A DNA stretch of 64,000 bases from the NCBI GenBank assembly GCA_020137815.1, contig CM035353.1:8556001-8620000 (forward strand). The letters run 5' to 3'. Each line of letters starts with the position of its first letter. Position 1 is the first letter of the stretch. The position numbers and the translations under genes were made by a program. The DNA comes from Hormiphora californensis (taxonomy: Eukaryota; Animalia; Ctenophora). Under the pieces are notes generated by a model. That model was not told the DNA's origin. It did no database searches and saw only the letters and a program-made list of their open reading frames with translations. This document shows positions 58,401 to 64,000 of this stretch, one piece after another.

Positions 58401-59099
58401 ATTGCCACACTCAGATCGTCCATCCCCAGCACAATGTCTGCTGTCTGGACACTAACTCCAATCCTGAACTGACACTTTTCAACTCCAAAATTCTCGAAGA
58501 TTCTACATTCAAGCTTCTCCTTAAGCTTCACAGCAAAGCATACCTAATGGGAGAGCTTGTTAAATGGGATTTATGTGTAGGGAAATTTATTGACAGCCTT
58601 CTTCATTAAATGTGATTATTTAACTGAACACCAAAATATTTCCTTTTTTGAATATGAATGAATTATACCTTGCCACTATCAAATCCATAGGTAGTTCTAC
58701 CGCATGTCCACAACTGAGAGAACCCTGACTCAACCCTGTTAGATCCAGTCATACCCCGATCTTCTATCTTCATCCATACATCAGAGTTGAAGAAGTCAAG
58801 GGCCACCACTCCCTCCTCCAGTTCCAATCCCTTGTCCTCAGGGGGAGGTGGCTTCCTAGAATGGGAGGGGAGGTAATTAGCGGCAAATCACAATGGAGCA
58901 TTTCTTGCTCGACCCCCTCTCTCTCCTGGCGCACCCCGTTCGAACAAAACAATAACTTACTGGGACACGGGTGGTCTATTGTTAAGAGATCGCCTTTCCT
59001 CTGTCTTCTTGGGAGTGCTATCTTTCTTGGGTGTCTCTGTATCAGCTGCTTTTCCCTCTCCATCAGCTTCCTTTGATACATCAGGTTGTGCGTGATCTC
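55200..59099 (-). CDS. hnRNP U / hnRNPUL1-like (SPRY, P-loop, RGG tail), 5'-partial
   Basis: Eleven exons from 59099-58961 to 55309-55200. SPRY (LDFFNSD...LWTCGRTTYGFDSGKVCFAVK), Walker A MMVGFPGAGKST, RNYIIDQHN..SAAQRRKL, and a YRGG tail. The first visible exon starts in phase 1 with no in-frame ATG. Confidence 0.9.
55361..55449. repeat. (CTGT)n microsatellite
   Basis: Direct inspection. Confidence 0.95.
55721..56117. mobile_element. MITE with TA TSD (pogo/Tigger-like ends)
   Basis: TA|ctgtaaaactagatatt...aatatctagttttacag|TA. Confidence 0.75.
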
Positions 59100-59810
59100 C
59101 TAAGATAGAGTAGAGAGCGGGGTTAGCTTGTTCGTGATGTGCGCGCATTGGAAATGTTAACAATTTGTACTTTCATAACGCCGCGCGCCACTTGTCCGAT
59201 GAATTGAAAGCCCGATTCATTAGATTTCTCTACCGTCGTAGCCGCCTAAACCGTGTCACGCACGAGACATAGCATGACTAAATAGGGCAAGTGCAGTGAT
59301 ACAGAGTGTGTAAATACTAAATTAGATTGAAAACATAGCCCCAGATTGAATGAGTTTTGAGTTTTTTGGGGGGACGGGGTCACGGTCATTCAGTTTGAAG
59401 CCAATTTCCAAAGTTAGCTTCAATAGCAGACACCTTTTAAATCACAGGAAGATTTAACCAAGAGACCAAAGTTCAAAACTTCCTGCTTTGTTAGTCACTA
59501 ATCTAATGGATTAGTGACTAATATTAACCGATATATATCGGGTATATTGGCGGCTACGACAGTTGAATTCCAATTAAATAAACTCGAGAGATGTTATGAT
59601 AAAACAATAAGGTGTGTATAAGTCATAACATCCAACACTGAAAGCTCTCAAAATATTTTAAAGTTTTCAGTGTCTCTCAGCATCACGCTCTGTCTCTCTT
59701 TCTTTATCGTGTTACACATGGAGCTGACAAAGAAAGTCTAGTACTGTGGAACACAAAACATTATCGTGTGTGTGTTCCCAGCAGAGTTCAGGAAAATACC
59801 AGGTATGCGG

Positions 59811-62087
59811 TTAGAAGTTTTCCGTGTTGATCGTTTTAGTTGGCCAGGTGCCAAGAAGGCCCGATTTGAAGGCATTCTTAACCATCAGTTTAGCACCATG
59901 GTACCCGGAAGCTTGGGACTTTGCCAAGAAGTACGTGGTAGGAACCTGGACCCCCATTTTCCTGCACACAGCTCCATACCGTTGGAAGATGGTAGATTTG
60001 CAAACACCACTCGGTCTCTCACTCAACTCCGATTTCTTGGCCTGACCCAGTTTGTATTCGTAATACTCAACCTCTCTCTCAAACTCCCATCTGTTCTTAG
60101 CGTCACGGGCACTGTCAGTGTAAGCAAGGCCAGTTTGTGTTCTCAGGCTCTCCCAGGAAGCGTTAATCAAACCCCAACCAGCGGACCTGTCTTGAGCCTT
60201 GAAGTTGGGTGCCAGTCGTACAGAGTGGGTCTCGATAACAGGCTCAGACACCTTGAAGGGAGGGGGGACCTTGTAGATGTAACTCTGGATCCGTTTGTAG
60301 ATGGCTCTCTCAGCGGTATCCTTACAGAATCCAGACCGGGGGAAGACATACTTGGAGATGTAGATAGGACGGACAAGCTGTGAGAGAAGAGCACCCTGTA
60401 CACCAACCACATTGTACATAGCCAACTTATCACTAGCACAAGCCACAAAGTTCTTCTTCTCGGCTGCTGAGGCCTCAGTAAGGAACTGGAACCTATCCTT
60501 GGCCCTGACACGTGTCTGTAGAGCCCCAGGGAACCCCATTTCGGATGGGACTCGGGAGGGTTTGCTGTTACTGAATCCTCTGAATCCCTGCTTTGGCTCC
60601 GCAGTACTAGCATCACCAGGGCTCATGGTACTCTTCACCAGTACTAACTCGTATGAAGGGTTCAGCTCGTACATGTTACCACCACTCCTACTTTGTACAA
60701 GGTACTCCGAACTAGGACCCATCTCAAGTTGACTAAATAGAAACAATCTGAAGGCCCTAATGACAAGAATCTCAGCAGTAGAATCAATCACACGGGTACC
60801 ATCAGGTTTCAGATGTCGCTCCATAGTGTTACCTAGCCCCATTGCCGAGGCGATAAGAACATACTCCGATAGCTCGGTACTTCCCTTCTTAGCCAGGAAT
60901 AGTCCAGCAATATTTCCTGCCGCAGCCCTGTTTCCTGCCCCATCCTTCACTACATCAACCACATTCTTCATCAGATGATCGTTAACCGATGTGCACATCA
61001 TGATGTCCTCTGCGTTGTACTCATCGTTCCGTGTCTTTAGGGGGTTACTTTCCACGTACTTTATAGCTGTCATGGCGGCAATAGATCGGGCATGTGCCTG
61101 GGTAGGTGCAGCCTCGGTGAAGATACAGTTGTCAGTGATCTTGATAACACATTTGTAGAGAGGGTACTGGTAGTTGGTTCCTTCAACCTGCGTCTCCTCC
61201 ACCATCCATCCCTTCATCCCACTGAACTTCTTCTCAAGCCACTGGAATGCAGGTACAGCTCCCTGACTCTCCCCCGGAGCACTGTACATGTGGTGTGCGT
61301 TCTGTCTGAACTCTCTCATCTTTCTGATCTCATCACCACTGTCCCCTGTGAGGTGGTCCACCATCTGTTGCCACCCAGGGATGTTGAGATCCACAATGGA
61401 GGTATAGGCTGCCTCGTGTTTAGCCATCTTGTCAGTGTTACCAGCTCCCACCCAGACCCTGTTAGGGTAGGCGGGGATTGTCAGTGTCACCACGTGACGG
61501 TTCTGGGTCATACAGGAGAAGTTCTTGGCAAGGGACTCGTACTTGAAACCCTCAAAGTGTGGGCCCTGTGAGATAATCTGTGCGGGATGTTGTTCTGCGG
61601 CAGATTGTTTCCCGCCTGCCAACATGGAATTACCCTGGCCACCACGACCCCCTCCACCTCCACCTCGTCCACCATTTTGCCGGGAATAGCTCCCGAAACC
61701 ACCGCTATTGTTGTTGTTGTTTTTAGAGGTCCAAATGAAGGAGTTACCAGCCATACCACCAGCACCACCGTAACTACTTTTGTGATCGCTATCACCCCGA
61801 CCTCTTCCTCCTCTACCTCGACCTCTACCTCGACCACCCCGATCTCCCCTACCCCGTCCACCGCCCCTACTAAACTTGCTCTGTGGTGGTCCAGTGTGCT
61901 CCGTGGGGGGACGTTTTAGATAGTGACTCTGATCTGGGTACCCCTGAGGTGCATAGTCCTCCTGAAGCATTACCTCCGGCTGGTAGGTGTGGGTTGCACC
62001 ACCCACCTCGTACTGCTGATCGTACTGCTGACCATACTGCTGGCTATACAGAGCCGCGGTCGCATAAGCTGCACTGTTATACGCCAT
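59811..62087 (-). CDS. ADAR/ADAD-like protein, 758 aa, intronless: Y/Q-rich and RGG N-terminus, two dsRBDs, degenerate adenosine deaminase domain
   Basis: dsRBD-like segments ending GAGNTDKMAKHEAA and AAPTQAHARSIAAMTAI. Deaminase-domain motifs DGTRVIDSTAEIL, STMSPGDAS, CASDKLAMYNVVGVQGALLSQLVRPIYI, YFLAK, FKSGLLGTWPTK. Confidence 0.85.
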   Translation of the reverse strand: MAYNSAAYATAALYSQQYGQQYDQQYEVGGATHTYQPEVMLQEDYAPQGYPDQSHYLKRPPTEHTGPPQSKFSRGGGRGRGDRGGRGRGRGRGGRGRGDSDHKSSYGGAGGMAGNSFIWTSKNNNNNSGGFGSYSRQNGGRGGGGGGRGGQGNSMLAGGKQSAAEQHPAQIISQGPHFEGFKYESLAKNFSCMTQNRHVVTLTIPAYPNRVWVGAGNTDKMAKHEAAYTSIVDLNIPGWQQMVDHLTGDSGDEIRKMREFRQNAHHMYSAPGESQGAVPAFQWLEKKFSGMKGWMVEETQVEGTNYQYPLYKCVIKITDNCIFTEAAPTQAHARSIAAMTAIKYVESNPLKTRNDEYNAEDIMMCTSVNDHLMKNVVDVVKDGAGNRAAAGNIAGLFLAKKGSTELSEYVLIASAMGLGNTMERHLKPDGTRVIDSTAEILVIRAFRLFLFSQLEMGPSSEYLVQSRSGGNMYELNPSYELVLVKSTMSPGDASTAEPKQGFRGFSNSKPSRVPSEMGFPGALQTRVRAKDRFQFLTEASAAEKKNFVACASDKLAMYNVVGVQGALLSQLVRPIYISKYVFPRSGFCKDTAERAIYKRIQSYIYKVPPPFKVSEPVIETHSVRLAPNFKAQDRSAGWGLINASWESLRTQTGLAYTDSARDAKNRWEFEREVEYYEYKLGQAKKSELSERPSGVCKSTIFQRYGAVCRKMGVQVPTTYFLAKSQASGYHGAKLMVKNAFKSGLLGTWPTKTINTENF

Positions 62088-64000
62088 GCTGAGCTAGGTG
62101 AGTGTGTGAAGGGAGGGGTGAGGGGGGATAATTGGATCTTTACGAGGAGAGGATAGAGATCAAAGGAGAAAGAGGTATCCCAATATGGTTATATATAAGA
62201 AATGCTGTGATATTAGAGAGTACCGTAACATGTTCGGGGAGAGGGTGCGGTGGCCTAATAATAGTTGAGGTGTTGTAATCTGTACCATTGATCATTGAGC
62301 TGTTGCAATTCCAATTTCATTATTTTTACCCCCCCCCCCCTACGCCATACGCAAATTGCCATATGCTTCATGCCATGTATGCTATGTGGGCTTAAACCGA
62401 ATTTTAGAACGAATTTTTCAAAGAAAAAGTTAGAAAAATATATTGATCAAGATTGGCCAATGGCCATCACCCGTGAATCACAAAATTATTTCCGTTGTGA
62501 AAGCACTGTGTTATCATATATACACTTAATTGATTGATTGATTTTAATTAATTCTTTTACGTGGTATTTCGTGGCCCCAGAGTACAGAACCACTTTGTGC
62601 TGTTGTCACAATTTTAAAATTTAACCAACCCATGAGTATTTTGTTTTATAACTTTGAATTGAAGAACATTTAATTCATTTTGTAAGTCACGACTAAAGAA
62701 TATGACGGATTGGGGTATAATTTAGGGTAGCGGGCTGATGGGGTTTAGGTAGTGGGCTGATAGGGTTTAGGTAGTGGGCTGATAGGGTTTAGTTAGTGGG
62801 CCTGGACGGGTTATAGTTAGGGCAGCGGGTTGACAGAAGAAAACAAACGAGTTTATGATGAATATTATAATTTTTCTGGCAGGTTGGCAGACACTGAATT
62901 TGGGGTAACTAGATTGTGGTAGCCGGAAGGTAATAAATAAGTTTTCACAATTTCAAATAACGAAATTGTGGAAACTAATTTGTGGTACCAAGGCCAACTA
63001 CAAAATTGTTGCCACAAACTTAGAGTCTAAAATAACCACCCTGCCAAGTTAAAACAAACATTAAACATTTAATTGTGCAAAAAGCAATATCTCTAGATAG
63101 CGGCATTATATTTCCTGTTAAAGTGAGAGATAACAGCAGAAATATTCTTGAAAATCGATCTGTAAAATCCTTAAAAACTAAAAAACTAGTAACGCTCACG
63201 CTCCAAGTATGTAACATATTTAAAGTGGCAAGTGCACGTGCAAAAATCCTGTATTTTTAATATTGCACGTGCAATACAGTACAGCTGCACGTGCAATATT
63301 AAAAACATAGATACACAAGAAGTCACATGAGATATTTTTATTCATCAAGGATTATACAGATGATTCCTACTAACTGTTCTTCCTCACTTTAAAGTTTAAG
63401 GTCAGATGGAGGGCCGGGGGAGGTGGTCTTGGTAACGAAATAACGCCTACCTTGCAGGCACGCTAAAACGTGCCATACTACCGCGATCCGATGCCTTAAA
63501 AGTCCGTTTCAAGCGACTTGACCCGTAATTCTTGGAATTTGGACGCATTGCACGTGTATTTACAAAGGGGAAATCCTGAATTTCCAGGAATCTCAGATCA
63601 AGTCGTTTGAAACGCACTTTAGTTACGAGGCGTAATTTCGTCACCAAGAGGTGGTCCGGGGGTCAAAAAGTTCACTGTTGATATTTGATCCGGCTCGAAG
63701 TCCGAAAAGCCGGACCAAATATCAAAAGTGAATTTTTTTGACACTGGAATCCCTCTGGTAATACTAGATCTGTCCCGAGGGTTTTCAGCCGTACCAATCA
63801 TATGGAAATATACCGCTTTATTTAGCTTTCTCAGTGAATACACTCAAAAGGGAGGGGCCCTCAAAAGTTGTAAGATGCTTTCAATCTCGACAACAGCTTA
63901 CAAATACAAGGGGATGTATTCTTGAGCCACACACACGTCACACAAACATAATATATCGCATTCTCCAACAGTTCCAACCTATGGCTCACTGTTAAACTTA

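Noticed and set aside
58770-59081. ORF MYQRKL... as the hnRNP U start
   Set aside because: Out of frame with the SPRY exons after splicing.
59766-62156. Long plus-strand ORFs opposite the ADAR-like gene (similarly opposite the LINE, PTP and AMACR ORFs)
   Set aside because: Antisense shadows of real coding sequence with no recognisable domains.
62735-62822. Telomere-like repeats
   Set aside because: Only about three degenerate 22-bp units containing tagggtttagg; not a TTAGGG array.

Overview
Eukaryotic (animal) genomic DNA, most likely from a ctenophore. This is an inference from a ctenophore-type expanded extracellular domain at 45637-46073, abundant nested intronic genes, and splice acceptors just upstream of start codons. 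Genes reconstructed by hand from GT-AG exons: the 3' half of an ANKS1-like SAM-SAM-PTB adaptor (+); a 13-exon, ~20 kb ABHD2-like hydrolase (-) whose introns hold two antisense intronless genes (GT31 galactosyltransferase, DRAM/TMEM150-like) and several transposons; a PTP1B-like phosphatase (-); and a TGF-beta type II-like receptor kinase (-). The kinase is probably joined to an unusual Cys-rich ectodomain 9-11 kb upstream, with an antisense Sushi-domain gene in the intervening intron. Further along are AMACR (-), an hnRNP U-like gene (-, 5' end apparently outside the window), and an intronless ADAR/ADAD-like gene that has lost its zinc ligands and carries a prion-like/RGG N-terminus, apparently nested in the hnRNP U intron. 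Repeats include an RNase H-bearing LINE and a non-coding partner, an ORF1-only retroelement inserted in another LINE, many palindromic non-autonomous DNA transposons, an LTR-like tandem array, and mini/microsatellites. Several 1-2 nt frameshifts in otherwise intact genes look like assembly indels. No CRISPR or rRNA was seen. All homology calls come from motif recognition, not database searches.
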